From NCBI GenBank assembly GCA_964636385.1, contig CAZWSC010000096.1:3593-67592 (forward strand): DNA of 64,000 nt, in the 5' to 3' direction. The position numbers and the translations under genes are program-made. The first letter of the stretch is position 1; each line of letters starts with the position of its first letter. The notes under the pieces were generated by a model. The model searched no databases, was not told where the DNA came from, and saw only the letters and a list, made by a program, of their open reading frames with translations. The stretch is from an uncultured bacterium. GTDB taxonomy: Bacteria > Eisenbacteria > RBG-16-71-46 > CAIMUX01. Shown here in pieces: positions 38,009 to 50,887 of this stretch.

Positions 38009-39824
38009 GAAGGCAATCTGGCTCTGGCGATTCTACCGGGATTATCCCGGGGTGCTGGCAGTTCTTCTGCTCCTCACTCCGGTGCAGACGGTGATCCAGG
38101 CGACCATCCCGCGGATGATGGGCTTCACAATCGACTACCTGAGGACGGGTCAGGTTCCCGACAGCGGCCTGGCGCAGGCCATGATCGGGATCGGCGGCAG
38201 CCTCGGGCTGTCGGTGACGCCATCCTTCGCGGTCGGCTACATGGCGATGGGCGTGTTCGCGTCGGTGCTGTACGCGATCTTCCAGTCCGTGCGCTCGTGG
38301 ATGAACTGCCGCCTGGAGTGGCTGTTCCGGCAGGATGCGTTCGACAGGATCACGGGCAAGGGGCCGGACTTCTTCAACAGGTTCCGGACCGGCGATCTCG
38401 TCACCCGGATGACGGACGATGTAGCCGACAAGCTCTCCTGGTTTGCCTGCTCGGGGATCTTCCGGCTGTACGAGGCGCTGTTGTCGGTGACCTTCATCAT
38501 CATCATGATGGCGAGCATCGACCCGGGGCTGACGCTGTGGACCGCGGGACCGCTGCCGGTGCTGATCCTGATCTTCTTCAGGAGTTCATCGCTTCTGGAC
38601 CGGCGCTATGACGAGCTGCAGAAGCGGATATCCAGGGTGAACGACGTCCTGGAGGCCTGCTTCTCGGGGATCCGCGTCGTCAAGGCGTACGTCCGCGAGG
38701 GCGCGCAGCAGGCGTCGTTTCAGGCAGCATGCGAGAAGAGGCGCCGTGCGGAGATCGCCGCGGTTCGCTCCGGCACCGTGATCGACTCCATGTACAGCTA
38801 CATCTGGCAGCTTGGGGTGGTGGTGGTCTTCCTGGCAGGGGGATACCGGGTGCTGCAGGCGAACCTGACCATGGGGGAGATGGCCACGTTCATCTACTAC
38901 GTGAGCTGGCTTGTCTTCCCGATGTTCGATGTGGGGCAGTTCCTGGTGAAGTCCAGGCAGTCGGCGGTTTCCATCGACAGGCTGATGGAGTTTGACACCG
39001 TCCCGGACATGGTGGACGACGCAGGGGCTGTCCTGAAGGCGCCCGGCGCGGACGGCCCTGGTCGTGTGGTTTCGGGCGCTGCCGGAGAGCTGCGCTTCGA
39101 GGATGTGCGGTTCAGCTTCCCGGGTTCGGACCGGCCGATTCTGCATGGGATCAACCTGTCTGTGCGGCCGGGCCAAACCGTGGCCCTGGTCGGGCGGGTC
39201 GGCTGCGGCAAGAGCTGGATGACCCACCTGGTGCCGCGGCTGATCGACCCGGTCTCCGGGCGCGTCACGCTGGACGGACGGGACCTGCGGGAGTATCCGC
39301 TGGAGAGCCTGAGGTCCCTGGTCGGATTCGTCCCGCAGGAGCCTGTGCTGTTCAGCGACACGGTGCGCAACAACGTTCTCTTCGGACGGGAAGGGATCCC
39401 CGATACGGTGCTGGAGTGGGCGCTGGAGGTTTCTCAGCTCAAGACCGAGGTCGACTCCTTCCCGAAGGGGCTGGACACGCAGGTCGGAACGCGCGGAATG
39501 TCGATCTCCGGCGGGCAGAAGCAGAGGCTTGCCCTCGCACGCGCCCTTGCAGGAAGGCCGGGAGTCCTGATCCTGGACGACTGCACCTCGGCCCTCGACT
39601 CGAAGACCGAGGCTGCGTTGTGGGACAGGCTGCACGAGGTCCTGCCCGGGCTGACCGCGATACTGGTGACCCACAGGCCGGACACCCTGCAGCGCGTGGA
39701 TCGCATCGTGGTGCTGGAGGACGGCAGGATCGTGGAGCAGGGAACCCATGCCGAGCTGACGGCATTGCGCGGCGAGTACGCGCGCATGTACCGCAGGTAC
39801 GAACTGCAGATGAGCGTGGCGTGA
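37986..39824 (+). CDS. ABC exporter, fused permease/ATPase subunit (heterodimer partner 2)
   Basis: Overlaps the stop of the previous gene; an alternative ATG is at 38001. Walker A GRVGCGKSW, signature MSISGGQKQRLALARAL and Walker B VLILDDCTSALD. Tandem same-strand arrangement is typical of heterodimeric ABC exporters. Confidence 0.85.
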   Translation: MERHVMHKKAIWLWRFYRDYPGVLAVLLLLTPVQTVIQATIPRMMGFTIDYLRTGQVPDSGLAQAMIGIGGSLGLSVTPSFAVGYMAMGVFASVLYAIFQSVRSWMNCRLEWLFRQDAFDRITGKGPDFFNRFRTGDLVTRMTDDVADKLSWFACSGIFRLYEALLSVTFIIIMMASIDPGLTLWTAGPLPVLILIFFRSSSLLDRRYDELQKRISRVNDVLEACFSGIRVVKAYVREGAQQASFQAACEKRRRAEIAAVRSGTVIDSMYSYIWQLGVVVVFLAGGYRVLQANLTMGEMATFIYYVSWLVFPMFDVGQFLVKSRQSAVSIDRLMEFDTVPDMVDDAGAVLKAPGADGPGRVVSGAAGELRFEDVRFSFPGSDRPILHGINLSVRPGQTVALVGRVGCGKSWMTHLVPRLIDPVSGRVTLDGRDLREYPLESLRSLVGFVPQEPVLFSDTVRNNVLFGREGIPDTVLEWALEVSQLKTEVDSFPKGLDTQVGTRGMSISGGQKQRLALARALAGRPGVLILDDCTSALDSKTEAALWDRLHEVLPGLTAILVTHRPDTLQRVDRIVVLEDGRIVEQGTHAELTALRGEYARMYRRYELQMSVA

Positions 39825-39972
39825 CCCTCGCATTCCATGCCACCGGCGGATAGGATCTCCCCGGGCCATTGTCCGGGGGGATCCTCTGCACTCAACGCAC
39901 GATGACACGCTCAAGGTCTGGAAGAGCGACGGCCTGCTCCTCATCACCGCTTCCATATGGGGCTTCGGCTTC

Positions 39973-40866
39973 GTGGCCCAGCGGGCGGGGATGGAGCATG
40001 TCGGGCCCTTCTTCTTCAACGCGGTCAGGTTCTCGCTGGGCGCGCTCTCTCTCCTGCCGTGGATCCTGATCCGCAGGCCGGCATGGTCATGGCGCGCCAG
40101 CGGAGTCATCATGGTGGGACCCCGCAGTTCACCGCTCCCTGGGCCCGGGAGCTCACCGTCCGGAGGACCGCCGGCTGAGCGCCCCTTCAGACTCGGTGTT
40201 ACCCCGGCGGTGTTGCTGCTGGGAACGGTCCTCTTTCTGGGCGCGACCATGCAGCAGATCGGGCTGGTATTCACGACCGCGGGAAAGGCCGGCTTCATTA
40301 CGGGGCTGTACGTGATCTTCGTCCCCCTCCTCGGGCTGTTCTGGCGTCACAGGCCCGGAACGGGCGCATGGGTCGGCGCCGTGCTCTCGGTTGCGGGGCT
40401 CTATCTCCTGAGTGTGAGGGAGGGGTTCTCCCTGGCGCCCGGCGATGCGTACGTGGTGATGGGCGCCTTCATCTGGGCGGTGCACGTGCTCCTGATCGGA
40501 TGGCTGGTCACGTGGCTGGAGCCGCTGGTCCTGGCAGCGCTGCAGTTCGCCGTCTGCGCCCTGCTGAGCTGGATCGCCGCCGTGGTTCTCGAGGAGATGT
40601 CGCTTGCAGCGCTTCTGAGTGTGGCCGTGCCGGTGTTGTACGGCGGCCTTGTCTCGGTTGGGATCGCTTATACACTGCAGGTGGTTGCCCAGCGTCATGC
40701 AAAGCCGGCCCATGCTGCCATACTGATGAGCCTCGAGTCGGCCTTCGCCGCGTTGGGCGGCTGGCTGATCCTTCGGGAGAGCCTGGACGGCCGCGAGCTC
40801 ACAGGCTGCGCCCTCATGCTGTCAGGCGCTCTCCTGGCGCAACTCTGGGGGCTGCGCCGTTCGTGA
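39973..40866 (+). CDS. EamA/DMT-family transporter (start uncertain)
   Basis: Two EamA-like halves. The first TM helix (DGLLLITASIWGFGFV) lies upstream of the track GTG start 39973 in the same frame, but no ATG/GTG/TTG occurs back to the in-frame stop near 39811. A Pro/Gly/Ser-rich 45-aa stretch (RRPAWSWRASGVIMVGPRSSPLPGPGSSPSGGPPAERPF) interrupts the first half. Confidence 0.55.
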   Translation: MAQRAGMEHVGPFFFNAVRFSLGALSLLPWILIRRPAWSWRASGVIMVGPRSSPLPGPGSSPSGGPPAERPFRLGVTPAVLLLGTVLFLGATMQQIGLVFTTAGKAGFITGLYVIFVPLLGLFWRHRPGTGAWVGAVLSVAGLYLLSVREGFSLAPGDAYVVMGAFIWAVHVLLIGWLVTWLEPLVLAALQFAVCALLSWIAAVVLEEMSLAALLSVAVPVLYGGLVSVGIAYTLQVVAQRHAKPAHAAILMSLESAFAALGGWLILRESLDGRELTGCALMLSGALLAQLWGLRRS

Positions 40867-40926
40867 CGAAACGCCGGCAAGGATGCGGTTGACAGGACGC
40901 GTACCAGTCCCGGCCCCGGGATCGGG

Positions 40927-42789
40927 TCAGCGGGTAAGCGTGACCTTTGCTTTCGATGCAGGCTGCCCGTCAACCGAGAGGCGGACCAGGTATGTGCCGG
41001 CCACCGCATCCACGCCTGAGTTCGTCCTTCCGTCCCAGCCGACCTTGTGACCGCCTCTGTTGAGCCTGCAGTCCAGTAGACTCCGCACCAGGCGCCCGCC
41101 AGGATCGTACACCGCCAGCGATGCCTCGCCGGGAGCATCCATGTGGAGATGCAGCACCGTGTGCGGATGGAACGGATTGGGGGCAGCCGCGCGGATTTCT
41201 GCCGTAGCAGGGACAGCCCGCGGCCCAGGGCCGGTCGGATCCACCGATGCGGGACCGCCCTGCCGGATGCTGAACGAACCCGGCGTCACGGCAATAGCCT
41301 CCGGATCCGTGCCCAGCCGGAAGCGAAGGCGGCAGTCTTCGGAAGGAGTGATCCCTGGAGGCACAATCCACTGATGACGACCGTTGCAGGGCACGCTGTC
41401 CGCGATGACGGTCCAGGGGCCGTCCGGCCCGGTGGTCGAGAGCTCGATTGTCATCGGGGGCAACGGCTGCACATCGGCGGGGATGGCCGCGTGCCAGTCG
41501 ATGAAACGGACGCTGCCGGCGATGAAGACCTCACCGCCCCGCGGGTACACAGGATGCACCCAGGGGGTGTCGGGAGTGGAGCCTTCCCTGAAGAGGTGGA
41601 GTTCGTTTGTGCCGCCGATCCACCAGTGGCAGTCTTCCTCGGCGACGTAGGCGAGGTCGGCGTAGCCGCTGTGGTCGATATCTGAGCCCGCTGTGAGGGC
41701 GAGAACCCTGCATGCGCTATCGGTGGGTGTGCTCGCCGCCAGGGTCCAGTTCCCGGCGCCGTCTCCCAGGTATACGCGGGTGTTGTCCTTCGACAGTGTG
41801 ACCATGTCACCGTAGCCATCGTTGTTCATGTCGGCAATCTGTGTGAAACGGTAATCCGGGCCAATCGTCGCTAGGTCTCCCGAGAGATCCTCCCACAGGC
41901 CGTCCACCCACCTGTACACAGCGACCCCTCCGGATGTGGTGAATGCGAGTTCGTCCCGGCCGTCGCCCGTCACATCGCCCAGTGACACTCCGCTCCGCCA
42001 GGAGGGGCCGGGAAGGTTGGCGTCGGCAGGGGTGAACCCGCCCTCGCCGTCGCCGAGATAGACGGTGCCGTCGCCGTGGCCGGCGGCGAAGTCGGAGTGG
42101 CCGTCGCCGTTGATGTCGCCGAAGACGAAGATCATGTCCGAGTTGCCGCCCAGGAACCCGAACGTCCGCGTCCACGTACCGTCAGAGTTGTTGCGGTAGA
42201 CGTGTACGCCCGCGCAGCAGCCGAAGCTGATTGAGCCGACATCCAGATGGCCGTCATTGTCGATGTCGGCGAAGTCCGTTCCGAACATTCCCCAGGTCTC
42301 GCCGCTGGTGGCCAGGCCGTCGTCCCACGGGGTCCAGTTCATCCCGGTACCGTCCCCAAGCGCCACCTCGAGGAGCTGATCGCCGAAGTCGGTCCCGGAG
42401 TAGTTGTGGTGGATCCCGTACCCGACATCCATGAGCCCGTCGTTGTTGACATCGCCCAAAGCCACGCCGCCGTATCCAAAGAGGCCCTCCATGTGAAGAG
42501 TCCAGTTTCCGGTTCCATCGCCGAACCAGACCATGACGCCGTGCTGGTCGCTGTTGATGAACGGGCTGCCGTGATCCCCGACGCTGACCATGTCGGGGTG
42601 GCCGTCCCCATTCACGTCGCCGAATACGAGCTCCGTCCGTCCGTTCTCCATCCCCGGCAGGTGAAGGCCGTTGGAGGCCTCTACGTATGAGGGCACGTGT
42701 GGGGACTGCGCTGAGATGGAGGCAACGCCGGGCGGCAGTGCGAGAAGCAGGGCGGCGGCGAGCATCGGCCACAGGCAGGTCCGCTGCAT
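40927..42789 (-). CDS. Secreted FG-GAP/VCBS-repeat beta-propeller protein with T9SS-type/FlgD-Ig-like C-terminal domain
   Basis: ATG 42789 gives signal peptide MQRTCLWPMLAAALLLALPPGVASISAQS. At least six FG-GAP-like Ca-binding repeats (DVNGDGHPDMV, DVNNDGLMDVG, DIDNDGHLDVG, DINGDGHSDFA, DVTGDGRDELA, DMNNDGYGDMV). C-terminal PNPFHPHTVLHLHMD...GTYLVRLSVDG...KVTLTR sorting domain. Confidence 0.75.
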   Translation of the reverse strand: MQRTCLWPMLAAALLLALPPGVASISAQSPHVPSYVEASNGLHLPGMENGRTELVFGDVNGDGHPDMVSVGDHGSPFINSDQHGVMVWFGDGTGNWTLHMEGLFGYGGVALGDVNNDGLMDVGYGIHHNYSGTDFGDQLLEVALGDGTGMNWTPWDDGLATSGETWGMFGTDFADIDNDGHLDVGSISFGCCAGVHVYRNNSDGTWTRTFGFLGGNSDMIFVFGDINGDGHSDFAAGHGDGTVYLGDGEGGFTPADANLPGPSWRSGVSLGDVTGDGRDELAFTTSGGVAVYRWVDGLWEDLSGDLATIGPDYRFTQIADMNNDGYGDMVTLSKDNTRVYLGDGAGNWTLAASTPTDSACRVLALTAGSDIDHSGYADLAYVAEEDCHWWIGGTNELHLFREGSTPDTPWVHPVYPRGGEVFIAGSVRFIDWHAAIPADVQPLPPMTIELSTTGPDGPWTVIADSVPCNGRHQWIVPPGITPSEDCRLRFRLGTDPEAIAVTPGSFSIRQGGPASVDPTGPGPRAVPATAEIRAAAPNPFHPHTVLHLHMDAPGEASLAVYDPGGRLVRSLLDCRLNRGGHKVGWDGRTNSGVDAVAGTYLVRLSVDGQPASKAKVTLTR

Positions 42790-43077
42790 CAGGATGAGCA
42801 GACGCGGTGCCAGGCTGCGCGGATGCGGTACCGGGAGTTGAAGAGGCGGTGTAAGGGTGCCCGGGGTGCCATCCGTTGAAAGCACCGAAGAGTGGAGCAT
42901 GGGTATGGATTGTGCGGGTGAAGTGTGCATGGCAGCCCCCTGTCTCTGTTCCACCCGAGGAACGCGGCAGCTTCAGACGGTGCAGGATCCTGGATCAGCC
43001 TTCTTGGTCCGGGTCCAGGCCCGGTGAGTGGTCCGGGCCTCCGCAATGTGCATGGCCGATGATAACAGATCCCTGGA

Positions 43078-46125
<3,048 letters not shown>

Positions 46126-46397
46126 CGGGTTCCTCCGGTTGGTGGATCAATGGAGACAGGGATCGCAGCGACATGTCCTTATGTCGGAATGCCGCATGCA
46201 GATCTGTAGCCCGGCCTCCTGGTGCAGAGGCGATCTTAGCAGATCGCGGAGGGCCGGAGGGCGCGGATGGCCGCACGCAAGGTTTTGCGTTTCGCGGGCC
46301 TTATGAGCAGGGATATCCTGATGCGCGCCGGCGGGCGTCCGGTGTGGAGGAGGATCATCCGACGAAGGCCGGTCCCGGGAGAGTGGAGGAATCAGGC

Positions 46398-47444
46398 ATG
46401 AGAAGATCCATCAGGAACCTGTGTGCGCTTATCCCTGCTATCACTGCCGTTTTGGCTGCAGGTATCACTCAGGCATCCATCGGCTCTGCGGATGCCGGCG
46501 GCAGCGGCAGTGTAACGGTGTTCGACTCGGCGATGATCCACTTCAACCCGGATACGACCGCGAAGTACTCGCTCCCGAACCTTGACCACGAGGACAAGGG
46601 ACGCATCGCCGTCACACATTCGGTGCTGCCGGATGATGCACCTCCGGGGCGGACTCACGCGCGGTTCACCCTGCACCCGGTGCCGAAGAGCGCCCGGGAG
46701 GTATGGGATCGATGGGATCGCGCAGGCAGTTTTCGCCTCGCCATCGAGGGGGAGCCCGACCTCGAGATCGTGCGCTTCATCACGAGCTACGGCGGCCGGA
46801 CCGATCACGTTGTCGATGTCTCGGAGCTTGCGCCGCTTCTTCGCGGGAAGCGGATCATGAAGGCATTCGTCGACACCTGGTCCAGCCCCGGCTGGCGCGT
46901 CGACTTCGCACTGAACTTCGAGCCGGACAGTCTGTACACGCCGCCCGTGTGGGTACAGCCGGTCTTTTTCACCGACTCCTTCAACGCTCATGACTTTGGT
47001 GACGGCGCGGAGGTCGCCGTGTCGGTGCCGGACGGCCTCTCCCGGGTGGTCCTGCGCTATCTGACCACCGGCCATTGCACAGACGGGAGGGGCGCTGACG
47101 AGTTCGTGCCAAAGGCGAATGTCATCTCGGTGAACGGATTCGTCGTTCATCGCTTCCATCCGTGGCGCGACGACTGCCGCCGCTTCCGCGATCGCAATCC
47201 CTACACAGCGCGCTGGACGACCGGGTACTGGTCCAGCGATTACAGCCGAAGCGGCTGGTGCCCGGGCGACGAAGTCCTTCCCCTGGAACTCGATCTCAGC
47301 GATCACCTTGTCGCAGGCGATCACACGATTCGCTTCGTCATCGAGGATATGCGACCGCGGGATGAGGATGGCCACTACGGATACTGGCGCGTGTCGGCCG
47401 CGCTCGTGGGGTGGGACAGGCCGCCGAACCTCTGGCGGAACTGA
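46398..47444 (+). CDS. Peptide-N4-(N-acetyl-beta-glucosaminyl)asparagine amidase F (PNGase F) family protein, secreted
   Basis: ATG 46398 with signal peptide MRRSIRNLCALIPAITAVLAAGITQASIG. Collinear with Elizabethkingia PNGase F as recalled: VRFITSYGG (cf GRFITPYWVG), VDVSELAPLL...DTWSS.GWRVDF (cf IDVTDFKSLL...ETWLAKGREYSVDF), RYLTTGHC (cf RTTISGWG), SRSGWCPGDEV (cf DRAGWCPGMAV). Confidence 0.7.
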   Translation: MRRSIRNLCALIPAITAVLAAGITQASIGSADAGGSGSVTVFDSAMIHFNPDTTAKYSLPNLDHEDKGRIAVTHSVLPDDAPPGRTHARFTLHPVPKSAREVWDRWDRAGSFRLAIEGEPDLEIVRFITSYGGRTDHVVDVSELAPLLRGKRIMKAFVDTWSSPGWRVDFALNFEPDSLYTPPVWVQPVFFTDSFNAHDFGDGAEVAVSVPDGLSRVVLRYLTTGHCTDGRGADEFVPKANVISVNGFVVHRFHPWRDDCRRFRDRNPYTARWTTGYWSSDYSRSGWCPGDEVLPLELDLSDHLVAGDHTIRFVIEDMRPRDEDGHYGYWRVSAALVGWDRPPNLWRN

Positions 47445-47448
47445 GGCG

Positions 47449-50400
47449 ATGTCCGAGCCTGCGCATGTCCGTCTGGCGGGCTGGTCCTCTTCGCTCGCCG
47501 GGAAGACGATCGAGTACCACAGCCCCTATCCCGGTGTCCGGCGAGCCTTGCTCTGCCGCGCCATGGGGAGTCGGATGGCGATTGCGTGGCGGACGGCGCC
47601 GTGCCCGCGCGCGGCCGTACGGACGTCCGACGCCCCAGTCTCCTTCCTATGGCTGGCCGGCCTCGCGACCGGCAAGGGAGCGCACAGCTTTACGCTGACG
47701 GCCGGCGGGCTAAGGGGAGGCCCCGCTGTCTTCACCTTCCGTACCGACGGGGCGCGGGAGTGGCATGCTGGCTCGCCCTGCGGAGCCAGCCTCTCTTTCA
47801 CAACAACCCTTGTCGACCAGTTCGATGAGCTGTTCGGCATCATGTCCCTGACTCTGCCGGCTGCGGTGCCGTGTTCCGGCAGTCCGCTGGAGATAGCTGT
47901 CGAAGCCGGGGATGCCGGGAGTGATGACTGGTTCATGACATTCGAGCACCCCCTCGCCGATTGGGTGCACGCGGAGGCTGAGCCCGCACTGCTGAACGGC
48001 CCTGCCGGTCTGCTGCAGCCGATTCTCGTCGAGATCAGCAGGCTGGGCGCTCCGACCAGGGTTGCGGTAGAGGTGCGGCGTATGCCCGGACGGGATGCCT
48101 GCGAGGCCGGAGAGGCCGGGGATGCCGGAACCGTAGTGGATGCTGGAGACGCCGTGGATGCCGACGCCATTGCACTCTGCGCAGAAGCCGGCGCAGTGGT
48201 CGAAGACGGGTTCACAATCGCCACAGGCCACAACGAGATCAGGGTGCCCGTTCCCGCGGTCGACTCTCCCGCCGTGACGGGGCTCATTGTAAGGTTCGCA
48301 GATGGCACACCGGATGCGTTGCTGACAGTTGAACAGCGTCCCGTGCGCATGAGGGAGATATGTCTGCTCCCGCATCCACATCTCGACATCGGTTACACGA
48401 ATCACCAGGACGAGGTGGAGAAGCGCCACTGGGCTCACCTGGATGATGCGCTGAGCCTGGCGCACAGTAGCGGCCGGCTCCCGGAGAAGGCTTCCAGCCA
48501 TGCCGGCAGTTCGTGTGAGTGCGCGGGGAAGGTTTTCAGCCTGACCGGCAGTACGGGCCGACATCCACGGGAGGCGCGTTTCCGCTGGAATGTCGAGCAG
48601 CTCTGGGCGGTGGAGAGCTGGTGGCGCCGGGCCTCGCCGGGGCGACGGGAGGAACTCGCCGAGGCCGTTCGCCAGGGCTACATCGGCCTGCAGGCCATGC
48701 TGGCGGGTGTTCTGACAGGCCTCTGCGGTCCTGAGGAACTGCGGCACCTGACCGACTTCAGCCGCGAGCTGTCCCGGGAGATCGGGGTCGTCATCGACAC
48801 AGCGATGATCACCGACATCCCCGGGCAGAGCTGGGGGCTCGTGCCCGCGCTTGCAGAAGCCGGCGTGCGGTATCTGTCCAGCGGACCGAACTACATGCCC
48901 GGCCTTGCCGACGGGGGCGACAGGATCGGCGGCATCCTGAAGGCCTGGGGCGACCGGCCGGTCTGGTGGGAGTCGCAGTCGGGAGAGGAGCGGATCCTCT
49001 TCTGGATGGCGGGCCGCGGATACTCCTGGTTTCACGGCCTGAACGGCGCTTCGATCGATCCTGAACGGCCGCGGCCGCTGATGGAGTATCTTTCACAGCT
49101 CGAAGAGGCGGAGTATCCATACGACCTGATCCAGGTGCGCTACACGATCGGCGGCGACAACGGCCCGCCCGATCCGACGCTGCCGGGCAGCGTGGCCGCC
49201 TGGAACGAGCGCTACGCCTCGCCCCGGCTGCGGATCGCCACGACAGGCGGGATGTTCCGCGAGATGGAGAGGCGCCACGGGAATGAGATACCCACGGTGC
49301 GCGGGGATTTCACGCCGTACTGGGAGGACGGCGCGGCTTCCAGCGCCGCCGAGACGGCGATGAACCGTAACAGCGCAAACCGGCTTGTACAGGCTGAGTC
49401 GTTGTGGCGGAGCCAGGATGCGGAATCGGCGCCTGCGGAGGAGTTCACGGCTGCGTGGCGGAAGGTGGTCCTCTTCAGCGAACACACATGGGGGGCAGCG
49501 GAGAGCGTGAGCGATCCCGACAGCCCGCACGTGCGCGCCCAGTGGGAGTACAAGCGCGGCCTTGCCCTGGATGCTGACCGGATGTCACGGGAGCTTATGG
49601 GTCGGGCGATGGAGACTGCGGCGGGGACGCGACAGGTGGCGGGAAGAGGTCCGGGGGCAGAAGCAGGGCCAGGGGCAGGTGCAGTGCCGGGGGCAGGATC
49701 CGGGGCAGACACAATGCCGGGACCTTCCGGAAGCCCCCGGGGATCCTATGGCCATCTTTCGGGCGCTTGTACAGTCACGGTGTTCAACACACTCGGGTGG
49801 CCGCGCTCGGGCGTTGTCAGGGTGCCGGAGCGAAGATCCGGGGCAGGAGATCGCGTGCTTGATTCTGACGGCAGACCTGTGCCGTCTCAGCGTCTGACGG
49901 GCGGTGAGCTGGCCTTTCTCGCGGAGGATCTGCCTGCCGGAGGTATGCGGCGCTACAGCGTCGTCGCGGGCGGGGCCTTTGCTCCTGCAGCAGGAAGCGA
50001 GGCGGATTGCGATGGTCTGAGCATGCGGAATGGCCGGTTGAGCGCGGCAGTGGATCCTGAGACAGGGGCGGTCTTGAGCCTGATCCGGCTCTCTTCAGGA
50101 GTCGAGCTGGTCGACCGGTCGCTCTGGCCGGGCCTGAACGCCTGGCTCTACATTCCTGGTCGGGATCCGCGGTTGGCCATCGGGATCACCGGGCAGGACA
50201 GCGTCGAGGTGACGATCGGGGAGAGAGGGCCGCTCGTGGCGTCGCTGCGGATCCGGTCCGAAGCTCCCGGGGCGATGATGCTGCAGCGCGAGCTCAGCCT
50301 TGCCGCGGGGAGCGACTGCCTGGAGATCGATAACCTGATCGACAAAATCGCCGTGCGGGAGAAGGAGAGTGTGCACATCGCCTTCCCGTTTCTGGTTCCG

Positions 50401-50799
50401 GGCGGCCTCGTGCAGCTGGACCTGGGCGGCATTGTCGTCAGGCCGGATCTCGACCAGGTCGCCGGCGCCTGCCGCGACTGGTTCTGTGTGCACAGCGGGG
50501 TGGAGGTGGCGAACCGGGACATCGGCGTGATCCTGACAGCGCGCGATGCCCCCCTGGTGGAGATCGGCGCCCTGACGGATGAGATGCCTCGGGCCTGCGG
50601 CAGGCGCGGATGGCGGAGCGGAGTGGGCGAGAGCCAGACCATCTTCTCCTATGTCATGAACAACTACTGGCATACGAACTACAGGGCGGAGCAGGAGGGG
50701 TTGGTCAGGCTGCGTTATTCAGTGCGTCCGTTCAGCGGGAAGGGGCCGGGGCTGACCGCGCAGGGGAGGTCGGATGTACAGCCGCTGCTCGTGTTCTGA
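47449..50799 (+). CDS. GH38-family alpha-mannosidase-like protein with ~330-aa N-terminal extension and internal Gly/Ala/Pro-rich insert
   Basis: GH38 core from about aa 330: LLPHPHLDIGYT (cf HSHxDxGW), RFRWNVEQLWAVESW, DIPGQSWGLVPALAEAGVRY (cf DPFGHSxxxPxLL), TPYWEDGAASSAAET, SEHTWGAAESV, YVMNNYWHTNY. N-terminal region has acidic degenerate repeats (EAGEAGDAGTVVDAGDAVDADA). Low-complexity GPGAEAGPGAGAVPGAGSGA insert at about nt 49650-49720. No signal peptide from ATG 47449. Confidence 0.7.
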   Translation: MSEPAHVRLAGWSSSLAGKTIEYHSPYPGVRRALLCRAMGSRMAIAWRTAPCPRAAVRTSDAPVSFLWLAGLATGKGAHSFTLTAGGLRGGPAVFTFRTDGAREWHAGSPCGASLSFTTTLVDQFDELFGIMSLTLPAAVPCSGSPLEIAVEAGDAGSDDWFMTFEHPLADWVHAEAEPALLNGPAGLLQPILVEISRLGAPTRVAVEVRRMPGRDACEAGEAGDAGTVVDAGDAVDADAIALCAEAGAVVEDGFTIATGHNEIRVPVPAVDSPAVTGLIVRFADGTPDALLTVEQRPVRMREICLLPHPHLDIGYTNHQDEVEKRHWAHLDDALSLAHSSGRLPEKASSHAGSSCECAGKVFSLTGSTGRHPREARFRWNVEQLWAVESWWRRASPGRREELAEAVRQGYIGLQAMLAGVLTGLCGPEELRHLTDFSRELSREIGVVIDTAMITDIPGQSWGLVPALAEAGVRYLSSGPNYMPGLADGGDRIGGILKAWGDRPVWWESQSGEERILFWMAGRGYSWFHGLNGASIDPERPRPLMEYLSQLEEAEYPYDLIQVRYTIGGDNGPPDPTLPGSVAAWNERYASPRLRIATTGGMFREMERRHGNEIPTVRGDFTPYWEDGAASSAAETAMNRNSANRLVQAESLWRSQDAESAPAEEFTAAWRKVVLFSEHTWGAAESVSDPDSPHVRAQWEYKRGLALDADRMSRELMGRAMETAAGTRQVAGRGPGAEAGPGAGAVPGAGSGADTMPGPSGSPRGSYGHLSGACTVTVFNTLGWPRSGVVRVPERRSGAGDRVLDSDGRPVPSQRLTGGELAFLAEDLPAGGMRRYSVVAGGAFAPAAGSEADCDGLSMRNGRLSAAVDPETGAVLSLIRLSSGVELVDRSLWPGLNAWLYIPGRDPRLAIGITGQDSVEVTIGERGPLVASLRIRSEAPGAMMLQRELSLAAGSDCLEIDNLIDKIAVREKESVHIAFPFLVPGGLVQLDLGGIVVRPDLDQVAGACRDWFCVHSGVEVANRDIGVILTARDAPLVEIGALTDEMPRACGRRGWRSGVGESQTIFSYVMNNYWHTNYRAEQEGLVRLRYSVRPFSGKGPGLTAQGRSDVQPLLVF

Positions 50800-50887
50800 G
50801 GCGGCAGGGGCAGCAACAGGTCTGGTCCGGACTACTTACGAGTTTCGTAAACAGCCCTGGCCACGAGCGGGGGGTCGTCCCATCGTT

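Noticed and set aside
38586-40298. 570-aa minus-strand ORF antisense to the second ABC exporter
   Set aside because: Plus strand has Walker A/B and ABC signature. Minus-strand product is Arg/Pro-rich.
47710-49035. 441-aa minus-strand ORF inside the extended GH38 gene
   Set aside because: Antisense artefact. GH38 motifs are on the plus strand.
49650-49720. GGxGCAGG-type short tandem DNA repeats
   Set aside because: They lie inside the GH38 coding sequence and simply encode a Gly/Ala/Pro linker. Not a CRISPR or intergenic repeat array.
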